DNA of 64,000 nucleotides. It comes from an uncultured SAR86 cluster bacterium (GTDB taxonomy: Bacteria > Pseudomonadota > Gammaproteobacteria > Magnimaribacterales > D2472). Below the pieces are notes generated by a model that was not told where the DNA came from, did no database searches, and saw only the letters and a list, made by a program, of their open reading frames with translations. Below, piece after piece: positions 19,594 through 30,353 of this stretch. The translations under genes and the position numbers were made by a program. The stretch spans positions 34,607-98,606 of the forward strand of contig CACJSU010000005.1 of the NCBI GenBank assembly GCA_902596165.1, in the 5' to 3' direction. Position 1 is the stretch's first letter. Each line of letters begins with the position of its first letter.

Positions 19594-21593
19594 AGGCTTG
19601 TTGGTATAAACCTTAGAGCTTCTTGGCTAAATAAAAATGTCTGATCTGAGTAATGAACTGAAGATTCATTCCTTGATGATCCATAGTTATGCATGCCATA
19701 AATTACTTTGCCGCTGTCTTCTTCGGCAATAATAAAAAATAAACCATCGCCTCCTGACATGTTTAAACTTTTAGTATCAGAGTTTGGTGATCCATAAACG
19801 GCTCTTAGTGTATCGACCGAGCCTTGAATTGGATAGATTCTAGATCCTCTTGAAATGGTATTAATTTTACTCCATGGATCGGTATAGTTTCTTTGAATTT
19901 CTTTAAATAAGCTGTCGCATTCTTTTTTTGCTGCTTGATAAGTTGGTGTAGGCTTACTATTCATTTCTGAAATCCATTCTTGAGCCATAAAACACATAGC
20001 TAGGGAAGCATTAGTATTATTAAAGTCAGTTTTTCCATTCCATTTTTGCATTTCCAGCTTAAGATTTGTGTCGTATTCCATGATTGATTCTAGATATTTA
20101 TATTGCCGTGAATTTTTTGAGTAGGAGTTATCAAATTTAATTGCAATAAATTTATCAAGATCAATGCTCTCATTAATGGAAAGAAGTTCATTAGCAACAT
20201 AAGATCTATTTGTAAGTCTTTGTTCAAAATGTACATTCTTTTTCATTGATTTTTCTTTTAAAGAATGCTCCCCCATTACCGAAAATGGATTCTGATTTGT
20301 GCTTTGAATCCAACCATTTGAAGGATTAATAAATTTGGGAAGATTATTCACTAAGTCCTTTTCATCCCAAATATCTTTCGAGCTAGAGCTGCTTATAATC
20401 TGTCTTGCTTTCAAGGCATCATTCCGATTCGGGATTCTTCCATTATAAAAATATCCAATATTTCTATCTGAATCCATTGTCACAAAATTAAAGCTGGGTA
20501 TTTTTCTTTTCGCAAGTTGCTTCTCAAATTCATATACATTTCTTGTCTTGCTTATTTCATACCAACCCTCTATTTCATTGAAAGAGCTCTGGTTAACATG
20601 CCTGAGAGCAAAATATTTTCCATTAATCTCTATTACAGGACCAAATTTTGAATATCTAAATTTTTGTTTTGTGCTCCATCTCAAAAAACCAAAAAGTTTA
20701 AATGCTAACTTATCCTCTTCGATTTCAAATGATTCCCATTTATCATCAAGTAAATATTGATCGGCATTATTTGGATTTATTGTTAGTTCAAAAATATCCA
20801 TAACATCAGGACGATTTACAGTTGCGCCCCAACCAATGTTTTTATTGAAACCAACATTTATTAAAAAAGATCCTGGAAAGTTGCCACCGTGCCCATGCCA
20901 TCCGGATTCGCTCTCAATATTTAATTCATACCAACCAACTGGTCCCGATAAGGGTTGATGAGAGTTAATAAGTAGGTATGAGGCATTTGAATCTGTTTTC
21001 GTAGAATTAATTGCTATTGCATTTGAACCCGTTGGAATGGATGTTTCATCTTGCGCAGTCATTTGCGCTAAATCTCTGTCTAAACCAGCAAAAAATAGAT
21101 GCTGAATATATGATCCCGCAAGCACATCATCCTGGGTGACAGGATGAATAGATAGGTCTACTTTATCTGGATGTGTATTCGCATACATATTGACACCATC
21201 CGCATATGCCTGAGCCATCGAAAGTATATTTTGAGAGAGTTGTTGTTTCCCAATATTTTTTACCTTGGAGTGAATTTTTAATAATCTGACTAGGTAGTCT
21301 GTATCGATGCTATCAAGACCATTGTAAATTGCATTTTTACCTCGGTACAAAGGCATTAACTCAACAAGGTCCTCGTATGCATCTTCTGCATGAACCAAAC
21401 CTATTCCATACGCAACATCTTGATCAGTCTTGCCCTTGATATATGGAATGCCCCAAAAATCTCTATAAATTGAAACATTGTATTGATTGCTAATTTTGTA
21501 TGTTGAATTCTTATTAGTTATTGCACATGAGCCTTGCATCAGAATTATGAAAGCAAAGAGTATGGCAACACTTGAAATTTTTTTTATCATCAC
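19590..21593 (-). CDS. Penicillin-amidase (S45, Ntn-hydrolase) family acylase, secreted
   Basis: 667 aa with an N-terminal signal sequence. The internal TGSNAIAI fits the autoprocessing site that exposes a Ser nucleophile. Penicillin/AHL-acylase-like alpha and beta regions. Confidence 0.82.
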   Translation of the reverse strand: MMIKKISSVAILFAFIILMQGSCAITNKNSTYKISNQYNVSIYRDFWGIPYIKGKTDQDVAYGIGLVHAEDAYEDLVELMPLYRGKNAIYNGLDSIDTDYLVRLLKIHSKVKNIGKQQLSQNILSMAQAYADGVNMYANTHPDKVDLSIHPVTQDDVLAGSYIQHLFFAGLDRDLAQMTAQDETSIPTGSNAIAINSTKTDSNASYLLINSHQPLSGPVGWYELNIESESGWHGHGGNFPGSFLINVGFNKNIGWGATVNRPDVMDIFELTINPNNADQYLLDDKWESFEIEEDKLAFKLFGFLRWSTKQKFRYSKFGPVIEINGKYFALRHVNQSSFNEIEGWYEISKTRNVYEFEKQLAKRKIPSFNFVTMDSDRNIGYFYNGRIPNRNDALKARQIISSSSSKDIWDEKDLVNNLPKFINPSNGWIQSTNQNPFSVMGEHSLKEKSMKKNVHFEQRLTNRSYVANELLSINESIDLDKFIAIKFDNSYSKNSRQYKYLESIMEYDTNLKLEMQKWNGKTDFNNTNASLAMCFMAQEWISEMNSKPTPTYQAAKKECDSLFKEIQRNYTDPWSKINTISRGSRIYPIQGSVDTLRAVYGSPNSDTKSLNMSGGDGLFFIIAEEDSGKVIYGMHNYGSSRNESSVHYSDQTFLFSQEALRFIPTSL

Positions 21594-21636
21594 AAATATT
21601 ATTGTAATAGTTTCTTATAAAAAATATTTTACAATC

Positions 21637-22326
21637 ATGCAAAAAAATATCTTGATAATAGGTTGCAACTCCGCTATAGGTAAAGAGGTTATTAAGTTAT
21701 CTACTCAACAGGGGGATAACATTATTGCTACCTCGAGATCACCAATTGATATATCAGTAAATCAATTTATTCAATTAGATCCAAATGGTAATTTGTCTGA
21801 CTTAGACTCTTTACCAGAATCAATTGATGGGTTGCTATATTGCCCTGGTTCAATTTCATTAAAATCAATTCAAAGAATGGATATTTCAGATATCAGAGAA
21901 GATTTAAGTATTAATTTTGAAGGAGCCTTTAATATCATTAAAAAAGTTTTGCCTAATCTAAAAAAAGACAATGGTGCCTCAGTAGTATTTATTTCATCTG
22001 TAGCCGCCAATACCGGAATGACATTCCATTCATCCATTGCGGCTTCAAAGTCTGCGCTAGAAGGTTTTGCTAGGAGTCTATCAGCTGAGCTTGCTCCAAG
22101 AGTAGCAGTAAACTGCATTGCTCCATCTCTAACTGATACTCCAATGGCTGAGCACCTTATCGATAATGAAAAAAAATTAAAGTCTTCTGAAGAGAGGCAT
22201 CCGCTCAATACAATTGGAGACCCAACTAGGATTGCTGCAGTTATATACAACCTTTTTTCTGCCAAAGATAATTGGATTACTGGCCAAACAATTAACATTG
22301 ATGGCGGCCTATCAACCCTTAGATAG
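21637..22326 (+). CDS. Short-chain dehydrogenase/reductase family protein (atypical active site)
   Basis: Start moved to ATG 21637 (MQKNILIIGCNSAIGKE), because the track's 21487 start overlaps the acylase gene. Rossmann IIGCNSAIG and catalytic-region ISS..IAASK with Ile at the YxxxK Tyr position. Confidence 0.8.
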   Translation: MQKNILIIGCNSAIGKEVIKLSTQQGDNIIATSRSPIDISVNQFIQLDPNGNLSDLDSLPESIDGLLYCPGSISLKSIQRMDISDIREDLSINFEGAFNIIKKVLPNLKKDNGASVVFISSVAANTGMTFHSSIAASKSALEGFARSLSAELAPRVAVNCIAPSLTDTPMAEHLIDNEKKLKSSEERHPLNTIGDPTRIAAVIYNLFSAKDNWITGQTINIDGGLSTLR

Positions 22327-22360
22327 GCTCTAATAAGCTTTTTGGTCTATAATTCCGCGT

Positions 22361-23446
22361 ATGTCAGGGAATACATTTGGAAAATTATTTCAAGTTACAA
22401 CTTATGGGGAAAGCCATGGGAAGGCGCTAGGGTGCATTGTAGATGGTTGTCCACCTCAATTAGAGCTCTCGCCTGAAGATATTCAATCTGAACTAAATCG
22501 AAGAAAACCTGGCCAGTCTGATGTTACAACTCAAAGGAAAGAGGATGATACTGTAGAAATTTTGTCAGGTGTTTTTGAGGGCAGAACCTTGGGGACCCCA
22601 ATCAGTCTAATTATTTACAACCAAGATCAAAAATCAAAAGATTACTCTAATATTAAAGATGTTTTCCGACCCAATCATGCTGATATTACCTATCAAGCAA
22701 AATATGGTCATCGAGATTACAGAGGTGGTGGTCGATCAAGTGCCCGAGAGACTGCTATGAGGGTAGCAGCAGGAGCAATTGCTAAAAAATATCTTAATCA
22801 GCATGGTATTCATGTCGAGGGTTATGTTAGTCAAATAGGCGCTATTTCAGCAGACACCATCAATTTAAAAAATGCTAAATCGAACAAGTATTTTTTTGCC
22901 GATGATTCTAAGTTAGACGCTCTTAATTCTATGTTTGATGAACTAATTGAAGAGGGCAACTCAGTTGGAGCAAAGCTTGGGGTTAAAGTTATAAATTGTC
23001 CTATTGGTCTTGGCGAACCAGTTTTTGACAAGCTTGATGCAGATTTAGCAAAAGCTATTATGAGCATCAATGCCGTCAAATCTGTCAGTATTGGTAATAC
23101 TCACAATATTTTAGACCTTAAAGGCTCTGAAGTAAGAGATGAGATGACACAAGATGGCTTTAAATCAAACAATGCTGGAGGAATCTTAGGTGGAATAGCA
23201 AATGGTGATCCCATTGAGTTAGAGTTTATTATCAAACCAACATCCAGCATAAGATCAAAAGGCCAAACTATTAATGCTGCTGGTGACGAAGTCGAGGTTG
23301 AAGTAACCGGTCGACATGATCCATGTGTAGGGATTCGAGCAGTCCCTATAGCAGAGGCTATGGTAAATTTAGTTCTCATGGATCATTTCCTTAGAAACCA
23401 AGCTCAATGCGGAACAATTAATCAATCAACACCGTTTAAGAAATAA
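22361..23446 (+). CDS. aroC: Chorismate synthase
   Basis: 361 aa. Motifs TYGESHG, RPGHAD-like RPNHAD, and GRHDPCVG. Confidence 0.95.
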   Translation: MSGNTFGKLFQVTTYGESHGKALGCIVDGCPPQLELSPEDIQSELNRRKPGQSDVTTQRKEDDTVEILSGVFEGRTLGTPISLIIYNQDQKSKDYSNIKDVFRPNHADITYQAKYGHRDYRGGGRSSARETAMRVAAGAIAKKYLNQHGIHVEGYVSQIGAISADTINLKNAKSNKYFFADDSKLDALNSMFDELIEEGNSVGAKLGVKVINCPIGLGEPVFDKLDADLAKAIMSINAVKSVSIGNTHNILDLKGSEVRDEMTQDGFKSNNAGGILGGIANGDPIELEFIIKPTSSIRSKGQTINAAGDEVEVEVTGRHDPCVGIRAVPIAEAMVNLVLMDHFLRNQAQCGTINQSTPFKK

Positions 23447-23447
23447 C

Positions 23448-24848
23448 ATGCCTGCTACTCTATATGACAAGCTCTGGGATGAGCATCTAGTCCGGACGGA
23501 TGATGCCAACGAATCATTAATTTACATTGATAGGCATTATCTTCATGAGGTTACTTCGCCCCAAGCTTTTGAGGGGCTAAGGCACAAGGGCTTAAAACCA
23601 TGGCGGCTTGATGCAAATGTTGCCACTCCAGATCACAATGTTCCTACTGATCGAGGTGATGCATTTAATGCTGAATTAATTAAAGACCAAGTGGCTAAAA
23701 TTCAAGTGGTTGAGCTTGATAAAAATTGTAACAATTTTGGCATTCATCAATTTGATATAACTTCAAATAAACAAGGAATTGTTCATGTAATGGGGCCTGA
23801 GCTTGGGTACACACTTCCTGGCATGACAATTGTATGTGGTGATTCTCACACTTCAACACATGGTGCATTTGGTTGTTTGGCCATGGGTATAGGAACATCC
23901 GAAGTTGAACATGTTTTAGCAACTCAATGTTTAAAAATCACTAAGCTAAAGAACATGCAAATCAATTTTAATGGTAGCCTGCAAAAAGGTGTTACCTCAA
24001 AAGATATTGTTTTGCACTTAATCAAATTAATTGGAACTGCTGGAGGCACAGGTCATGCCATTGAGTTTTCAGGCTCATATATTAAATCTGCTTCAATGGA
24101 ATCCAGGATGACAATTTGCAACATGGCTATTGAAGCTGGAGCTAAGGTTGGTCTTGTTGGGGTTGATGCAACTACCTTAGATTATGTTAAAAAGCATTCT
24201 AATTTGTCAGACTCAATCTATAGTCAAGCTTGTGAATATTGGGAGACTTTAAAATCAGATTCAGATGCAAATTTTGATCAAACAATTAATATCGATGTCT
24301 CAAAGATAAAGCCACAAGTTACTTGGGGCACTTCTCCTGAAATGACCATAGATTTTGATGCAGAGATTCCATCCCAAAAGGATGTAGATAAATCAAATCG
24401 TGAGAATTTATTGCTCGCTAAAGCCTACATGGGCCTCGATGAATCAAAGTCTCTGCAAGATTTGAGTTTTGATAAAATTTTTATTGGTTCTTGTACTAAC
24501 TCACGAATTGAAGACTTGCGTGATGCAGCATCTGCAGTAGAGGGAAAGAAAATTTCAAAAGATATCACGGAAGCTATAGTGGTACCTGGTTCAGGTATGG
24601 TCAAAGCGCAGGCAGAAGATGAAGGCCTTGATAAAATTTTTATTGAAGCGGGTTTTTTATGGCGCGATCCTGGCTGCTCTATGTGTTTAGGGATGAACCC
24701 TGATCAATTAAAGCCCTATGAGCGTTGTGCATCAACTTCTAACAGAAACTTTGAGGGTAGACAAGGCAATCTTGGAAGAACTCATTTAATGAGCCCTTTG
24801 ATGGCAGCATTAATAGCTATAAACGGCAAAATAACCGACCCATCATGA
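23448..24848 (+). CDS. leuC: 3-isopropylmalate dehydratase large subunit
   Basis: 466 aa. Motifs [23 protein letters not shown] and CSMCLGMN. Confidence 0.96.
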   Translation: MPATLYDKLWDEHLVRTDDANESLIYIDRHYLHEVTSPQAFEGLRHKGLKPWRLDANVATPDHNVPTDRGDAFNAELIKDQVAKIQVVELDKNCNNFGIHQFDITSNKQGIVHVMGPELGYTLPGMTIVCGDSHTSTHGAFGCLAMGIGTSEVEHVLATQCLKITKLKNMQINFNGSLQKGVTSKDIVLHLIKLIGTAGGTGHAIEFSGSYIKSASMESRMTICNMAIEAGAKVGLVGVDATTLDYVKKHSNLSDSIYSQACEYWETLKSDSDANFDQTINIDVSKIKPQVTWGTSPEMTIDFDAEIPSQKDVDKSNRENLLLAKAYMGLDESKSLQDLSFDKIFIGSCTNSRIEDLRDAASAVEGKKISKDITEAIVVPGSGMVKAQAEDEGLDKIFIEAGFLWRDPGCSMCLGMNPDQLKPYERCASTSNRNFEGRQGNLGRTHLMSPLMAALIAINGKITDPS

Positions 24849-25486
24849 GTAACTCCACTATTACAGGTATCGTAGCAACTTTTGATAGAGATAATATTGA
24901 TACTGATCAAATTATTCCAACTGAGTATCTAAAATCTATTAAAAAATTTGGTTTTGGAGATTTTCTTTTTGATGGATGGAGGTATTTAGACGAAGGGCGA
25001 TTAGATATGACCGCAGATGATCGCTCTAAGAACAATGATTTTATTTTAAATAAAGAGCCTTATACACATGCTAAAATTTTATTAACTAGGGATAATTTTG
25101 GTTGTGGCTCAAGTAGAGAACATGCGGTCTGGGCATTAAGAGATTTTGGTTTTAAGTCAGTCATTGCTAGCTCTTTTGGAGATATTTTTTACAATAATTG
25201 TTTTAAGAATTCAGTTCTTCCAATTAAACTTTCGAAAGAACAGATCAATCATCTTTTTGAGGTTTCTAACTTTGCCCCAGTTAGCTTTGAAATTGATTTA
25301 TTAAAAAAAGAGCTCAAGTATAAAGGCGACTCCTCATATATGTTTGATGTTAAGGATAGCCTGCTTGATCGAATTATTAATAATTTGGATGATGTTGATA
25401 TGACCTTAAAACATAAAAAGCATATTCAAGCTTTTGAGCAAAAAAGAAGAAGCCAAAGACCCTGGCTTTTTGATTACAGTAACTAA
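24845..25486 (+). CDS. leuD: 3-isopropylmalate dehydratase small subunit
   Basis: 213 aa. Motif [19 protein letters not shown] overlap with leuC. Confidence 0.95.
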   Translation: MSNSTITGIVATFDRDNIDTDQIIPTEYLKSIKKFGFGDFLFDGWRYLDEGRLDMTADDRSKNNDFILNKEPYTHAKILLTRDNFGCGSSREHAVWALRDFGFKSVIASSFGDIFYNNCFKNSVLPIKLSKEQINHLFEVSNFAPVSFEIDLLKKELKYKGDSSYMFDVKDSLLDRIINNLDDVDMTLKHKKHIQAFEQKRRSQRPWLFDYSN

Positions 25487-25494
25487 GCGAAACA

Positions 25495-26577
25495 ATGGTA
25501 AAAAAAATATTAATTCTTCCTGGAGACGGCATAGGTCAAGAAGTTACCTCTTCAATGAGTGAGGTTTTGTATTATCTAATCGATGAGCAAAACCTAGACT
25601 TTCAAATATCAGAGAGAAAAGTTGGCGGATCATCTTATGATGAATTTGGCACACCTTTAACTGAGGAAACTCTTAAGATTGCGCAAAACTCCGATGCAAT
25701 TTTATTTGGAGCTGTTGGGGGGCCGCAATGGGATAATCTTGAGTGGGATGTTCGACCAGAGCAAGCTTTGCTAGGATTGCGTAAATCACTTGGTTTGTTC
25801 GCTAATCTTAGGCCTGCATTCTTATTCAATGAGCTTGCATCTGCATCCCCGCTAAAAAACCACATTATAGAAAATTTAGACATTCTAATAGTGCGAGAAC
25901 TAACCGGTGGGATATATTTTGGAGAGCCAAGAGGTATTGTTGAAAATGAAACTCCTAAATATGGTTTTAATACTATGATCTATAACGAGGGTGAAATTAG
26001 AAGAATTGCAAAGGTCGCTTTTGAAGCTGCCATGAATCGAGATAAGAAGCTCTGTTCTGTTGAAAAAGCTAATGTTTTAGAGGTTTCAAAATTTTGGAGA
26101 AGCATAGTTTCTGAAATGAGCTCTGATTATCCAGAGGTCGAGCTCTCTCATCAGCTTGCTGATAATACTGCCATGCAATTAGTGCTCAATCCAAATCAAT
26201 ATGATGTGATTGTTTCTGGAAATCTTTTTGGAGATATGCTTTCAGACATAGCAGCTACTTTAAGCGGTTCCATTGGCATGCTTCCCTCTGCATCTCTTAA
26301 TAGTTCGTCCCAGGGCATGTATGAACCATGTCATGGGAGCGCACCAGACATTGCTGGTCAAGGCATTGCTAATCCAATTGCAATGATCGCTTCTCTTGCA
26401 ATGGCTTTTGAGTACTCTCTGGAAAGAGTTGATCTAGCTAGAAGAATTGAGTCAGCAATAAAAATCTTTATTAGCAAAGGTTTGAGAACAAAAGATATCT
26501 CCACCTCCAAGGAATTTATTCAAACTAAAGAAGTTGCTCCATCTATAATCAACATTTTAAAGGATGAGCATGAATAA
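25495..26577 (+). CDS. leuB: 3-isopropylmalate dehydrogenase
   Basis: 360 aa. Motifs ILPGDGIGQEV, RELTGGIYFG and NLFGDMLSD. Confidence 0.96.
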   Translation: MVKKILILPGDGIGQEVTSSMSEVLYYLIDEQNLDFQISERKVGGSSYDEFGTPLTEETLKIAQNSDAILFGAVGGPQWDNLEWDVRPEQALLGLRKSLGLFANLRPAFLFNELASASPLKNHIIENLDILIVRELTGGIYFGEPRGIVENETPKYGFNTMIYNEGEIRRIAKVAFEAAMNRDKKLCSVEKANVLEVSKFWRSIVSEMSSDYPEVELSHQLADNTAMQLVLNPNQYDVIVSGNLFGDMLSDIAATLSGSIGMLPSASLNSSSQGMYEPCHGSAPDIAGQGIANPIAMIASLAMAFEYSLERVDLARRIESAIKIFISKGLRTKDISTSKEFIQTKEVAPSIINILKDEHE

Positions 26578-27592
26578 GGGCGTGTCTATTGCATTGGTAG
26601 GTGCATCTGGTGTTGTTGGAAAAAAAATTATCCAATTGCTTGAAAGAAGAGCATTTCCTGTTGATAAATTTATAGCTCTTGGCAATTCAACTGTAGGATC
26701 ATTGATTGAATTTAATAACAATCAATATCAAGTTGAATCATTGGACAACTTCATTCCAGAAAAAGGACAACTTATTATATTTTCTGCTGGATCCAGCGTT
26801 GCAGAAAAATATGCAAGAAGCTTTGTTGCTGCTGAAAGTTTTGTGATTGATCTATCCTCTAATTTTAGATATGAAGATGATGTTCCTTTAATTATCCCAG
26901 AAATTAATGGATCTATTCTTAAGAACCTCACAAAGCCATCTCTCATAGCTAATCCAAACTGTTCTACAGCTCAATTACTCATGGCTTTAAAACCTATTCA
27001 TGATCGGGCAGAAATTAAGTTTTTAAATGTTGCTACTTATCAGGCAGTTTCAGGAACTGGAAAAGCTGCTATAGAGGAGCTTCATAATCAAACGTATTTT
27101 GCTGATACTGCAGAACAATCAACTGTATACCCTAAACAAATAGCTTTTAATGTTATTCCTCAATGTGATAATTTTTTAGAAAATAATTTTACTAAAGAAG
27201 AAATGAAGTTAGTTTGGGAAACCCATAAAATTCTTGATCCAAATATTCAAGTTCAGTCAACCTGTGTAAGGGTACCAGTATTTAATGGGCATTCTGAAGC
27301 TGTATTTTTTAAGGTATCTAAAGAAATGTCTCGAGAAGAAATTATTGAAATCTTGGAAAATTCACCTGGAATAAAAGTGCTTGATGACCCTGATAAAGGC
27401 GTGTATCCAACACCTGTTGAAAATGCATCTGACACTGAGGATGTTTATGTTGGGCGAATTCGTTCACAAAAGTTGGATGATGAATCATGGATTTCAATGT
27501 GGATAGTGGCTGACAACGTTTATGGAAAAGGAGCTGCTTTGAATGCGGTTCAGATATGCGAAGAACTGCTTAGTCTTAATTTAGCGAAATGA
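26564..27592 (+). CDS. asd: Aspartate-semialdehyde dehydrogenase
   Basis: 342 aa. Motifs VGASGVVG, active-site NPNCSTAQ, and QAVSGTG. Confidence 0.92.
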   Translation: MSMNKGVSIALVGASGVVGKKIIQLLERRAFPVDKFIALGNSTVGSLIEFNNNQYQVESLDNFIPEKGQLIIFSAGSSVAEKYARSFVAAESFVIDLSSNFRYEDDVPLIIPEINGSILKNLTKPSLIANPNCSTAQLLMALKPIHDRAEIKFLNVATYQAVSGTGKAAIEELHNQTYFADTAEQSTVYPKQIAFNVIPQCDNFLENNFTKEEMKLVWETHKILDPNIQVQSTCVRVPVFNGHSEAVFFKVSKEMSREEIIEILENSPGIKVLDDPDKGVYPTPVENASDTEDVYVGRIRSQKLDDESWISMWIVADNVYGKGAALNAVQICEELLSLNLAK

Positions 27593-28950
27593 AAAAACTT
27601 CTTCTTTTAGTTGCACTGCTAAGTCATAGTCTTTTTGCAATCACAATTATTGGAAGCCCTAATGTAGAAATCAACTCAGAGGGATTATATTTAGTAAAGA
27701 TTAGGATTAGTTCTACAAGCGATCTTCGGGAAGATGATATTGCTATTACTAATTTCAAATCAGATGATGAACTATCTGATTTTAATTTTGAGTTTAGAAT
27801 TTTTGAGAATCTTCAGGAATATAAACGTCTTACTTTGGCTTTACCTAGTAATTACTCAGAAGACTATATTTCTTTTCGACTTAATATTAAAAAAGAATTA
27901 AAAAAAGATATATTTATATTTCTTCCGCAAAATGACATCATCCCAAACGCAAAATCTGAGGTTTCGTTTAAACTGCCAGCAAAAAAAATTTATGGCGAGC
28001 CACAAAGATATGATTTAGCAAAAATACTTTCTGAAGAAATCGATTATCAGGACTCTGAGATTGATGATTCAAATTCCTTCTCTCTTGAGAAACCTAGCAG
28101 CGAAGAAATCGAAAAGATTAAAGAACCTCAGAGCATCCCAAGCACGAGGGTAGAGACTATATGGAGCGTCTCACAATCTGTCAGTCAAAATTATGATGCT
28201 TCAATCTATCAAATAATGTGGGGCTTTTATCTTGAGAATCCTAATGCATTTATTGATGAGGATATTAATAGAGTAAGAGGGGATGTCGATCTTAAATTAC
28301 CCTCTCAAGAATTAGTTGCTTCAACCTCAGAGGTTACAGCAAAGGAATCCATTGCTTTCATGGATATAAGAAATAAAAAAATAAGAGAAGTTGCAATTAG
28401 ACCGGTTTTAAAATTAACCGCACCCCAAGAAATTTTCACTGATTCAGAAAACAAGCAAAATTCTGACAATAGTCCAGCTCTTCAGTCAAAACCTGATCCA
28501 ATTAAAAAAATAGATAATTCTCAATTGAATGCTTCAGAAATAGTTGCAAAAAATACGTCCATCATTAAATTGCAATCAGAAGCAGACCTGTCTTTAGAGC
28601 CGAGGGACTTAAAAAATTCTCAAGCTTTTGACATTAAAGATCTATTTTGGGTTGGTGTTCTATCTCTACTTCTGGGATTTGCAATTGCATATATGCTTAT
28701 CAGATCAAGCAAGCAGCCTGCATTCACAAGAGCTGCTGTAGAAGAAGACTTGCAAGATGAAAATAATACCTTTCAAACTAATTTAAGTATCTCTAATGAT
28801 ATTGAAACTCAAGAATTAGATTTAGTTAGAACCTACATTGAAATGGATGATTGGGATAGTGCAGAGAAAATTTTAGATAAGCTGATAGCCAATTCAAAAG
28901 ATACTTCAATTGTTGCTAATGCTCGGTCACTTTTAAAAGAAAAGAAATAA
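27589..28950 (+). CDS. FimV/HubP-family protein (compact form)
   Basis: 453 aa. Signal peptide; LysM-like IWSVS..YQIMWGFYLENPNAFIDEDINRVRGDVDLKLPS; one TM (FWVGVLSLLLGFAIAYMLI); C-terminal FimV motif LDLVRTYIEMDDWDSAEKILDKLI. Occupies the asd-fimV-truA position seen in Pseudomonas. Confidence 0.72.
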   Translation: MKKLLLLVALLSHSLFAITIIGSPNVEINSEGLYLVKIRISSTSDLREDDIAITNFKSDDELSDFNFEFRIFENLQEYKRLTLALPSNYSEDYISFRLNIKKELKKDIFIFLPQNDIIPNAKSEVSFKLPAKKIYGEPQRYDLAKILSEEIDYQDSEIDDSNSFSLEKPSSEEIEKIKEPQSIPSTRVETIWSVSQSVSQNYDASIYQIMWGFYLENPNAFIDEDINRVRGDVDLKLPSQELVASTSEVTAKESIAFMDIRNKKIREVAIRPVLKLTAPQEIFTDSENKQNSDNSPALQSKPDPIKKIDNSQLNASEIVAKNTSIIKLQSEADLSLEPRDLKNSQAFDIKDLFWVGVLSLLLGFAIAYMLIRSSKQPAFTRAAVEEDLQDENNTFQTNLSISNDIETQELDLVRTYIEMDDWDSAEKILDKLIANSKDTSIVANARSLLKEKK

Positions 28951-28953
28951 ATT

Positions 28954-29748
28954 GTGAGATTTGTTGGTGTTTGTCAGTACGATGGTTCCAATTATTCTGG
29001 ATTTCAATCTCAAAAGAATTCATCCTCTATTCAAGATCATCTTGAGTCAGCTATTTCATCTGTTGGGACGCTTAATGAGCGAATTAATTATGCTGGTCGA
29101 ACTGATGCTGGGGTGCATGCAACGAGACAGATTTTTGATTTTTCATCTCAGGACCATAGAGAAACTAGACAATGGCTTAAGGGTCTCAATTCTCATTTAC
29201 CAAATGATATTGCAGTATCGTCAATCCAAAAAGCACCAGACGATTTTCATTCAAGATTTGATGCTTTAGAAAGATCTTATGCCTATGTAATTTATACTGG
29301 CAAAACTCAACCAATTTTTCTAAGAAATTATATATATTGGGAAAAGCATGAAATTAATATAGAAATTATGAGAGCTGAAGCTGCGGATTTAATTGGGACG
29401 CATAATTTTAATTCCTTCAGAGGTTCAAAATGTACTGCAAAAAATCCAGTTCGCACTGTTCAAAGTATTGATATCAAGCAGCAGGATAACTTTATCATCA
29501 TTAGCCTTTGTGCAAATGCTTACTTGTATAATATGGTAAGGATTATTGTTGGTACATTGTTAGAAATTTCTACAGGTTCTGGAATAAATATGAAAACTAT
29601 TTTAAATGCTCAAGATAGAACAATTGCAGGCAAGACAGCTCAAGCCCAGGGACTTTTTTTTACTGGTGCTGCTTACAAAAAGATTAATTTAGATGCAAAA
29701 GAAAGTGTTGCTAATCCTCTAAGTTTTTTAATCAATCCCAGAAGATGA
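28954..29748 (+). CDS. truA: tRNA pseudouridine(38-40) synthase
   Basis: 264 aa with a GTG start. Motifs YDGSNYSGFQ and catalytic GRTDAGVHA. Confidence 0.92.
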   Translation: MRFVGVCQYDGSNYSGFQSQKNSSSIQDHLESAISSVGTLNERINYAGRTDAGVHATRQIFDFSSQDHRETRQWLKGLNSHLPNDIAVSSIQKAPDDFHSRFDALERSYAYVIYTGKTQPIFLRNYIYWEKHEINIEIMRAEAADLIGTHNFNSFRGSKCTAKNPVRTVQSIDIKQQDNFIIISLCANAYLYNMVRIIVGTLLEISTGSGINMKTILNAQDRTIAGKTAQAQGLFFTGAAYKKINLDAKESVANPLSFLINPRR

Positions 29749-30353
29749 AATTAAAGATTTGTGGAATATGTGATTTAGATATATTGCAACATGCTTGCGA
29801 GATAGGTGTTGATTTTGCTGGATTCATTATGGCCAATGAAAGCCCTAGAAAAATTTCTGATAATTTTTTAGCTTCTTTAAAAAATTTTAACTTTCTTAAC
29901 ACCTCGCCAGTTTTTGTTTTTGTAAATCCATCAGTCGAAGAGGTTACAAAGATTACAACTTGTATTGAAAATGCAATATTACAATTTCATGGCGATGAAG
30001 AAGATGGTTTTTGCAAACAATTTAAACAATCATTTTGGAAAACTATTAGAGTTAAAGACCCTCAATCACTGCTAAAAATTGATGATTTCCCTTCTGCAGA
30101 TGCCATCCTGTTAGAAACATTTTCAAAAGATATTTACGGTGGAACTGGAAAAGTATTTGATTGGAGCTTGCTTGAAAAAATTTCACTTGAAAGAAAATTT
30201 GTTCTAGCTGGCGGAATTAATCCTAAGAATATAAAAGAGGCAGTCTCAATGAATCCTTGGTGTATTGATGTGAACTCTGGGGTAGAATCATCACTCGCAG
30301 CAAAAGATAAAACTTTGATGAACCGGACAATAAAAAATTTTAAAGATGGATAA
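29745..30353 (+). CDS. trpF: Phosphoribosylanthranilate isomerase
   Basis: 202 aa. MKLKICGI.., LQFHGDE and [13 protein letters not shown] overlap with truA. Confidence 0.9.
   Translation: MKLKICGICDLDILQHACEIGVDFAGFIMANESPRKISDNFLASLKNFNFLNTSPVFVFVNPSVEEVTKITTCIENAILQFHGDEEDGFCKQFKQSFWKTIRVKDPQSLLKIDDFPSADAILLETFSKDIYGGTGKVFDWSLLEKISLERKFVLAGGINPKNIKEAVSMNPWCIDVNSGVESSLAAKDKTLMNRTIKNFKDG

Noticed and set aside
21487-21636. N-terminal 50-codon extension of the SDR ORF proposed by the ORF track.
   Set aside because: It would overlap the acylase gene start by about 107 bp on the opposite strand and encodes hydrophobic nonsense. The Rossmann motif begins right after ATG 21637.
28961-29269. Same-strand alternative-frame ORFs inside truA (102 aa, 28961-29269) and at the dedD/cvpA junction (63 aa, 33647-33838).
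   Set aside because: They sit out of frame inside well-supported conserved genes, have leucine/isoleucine-rich low-complexity translations, and have no independent start signals.
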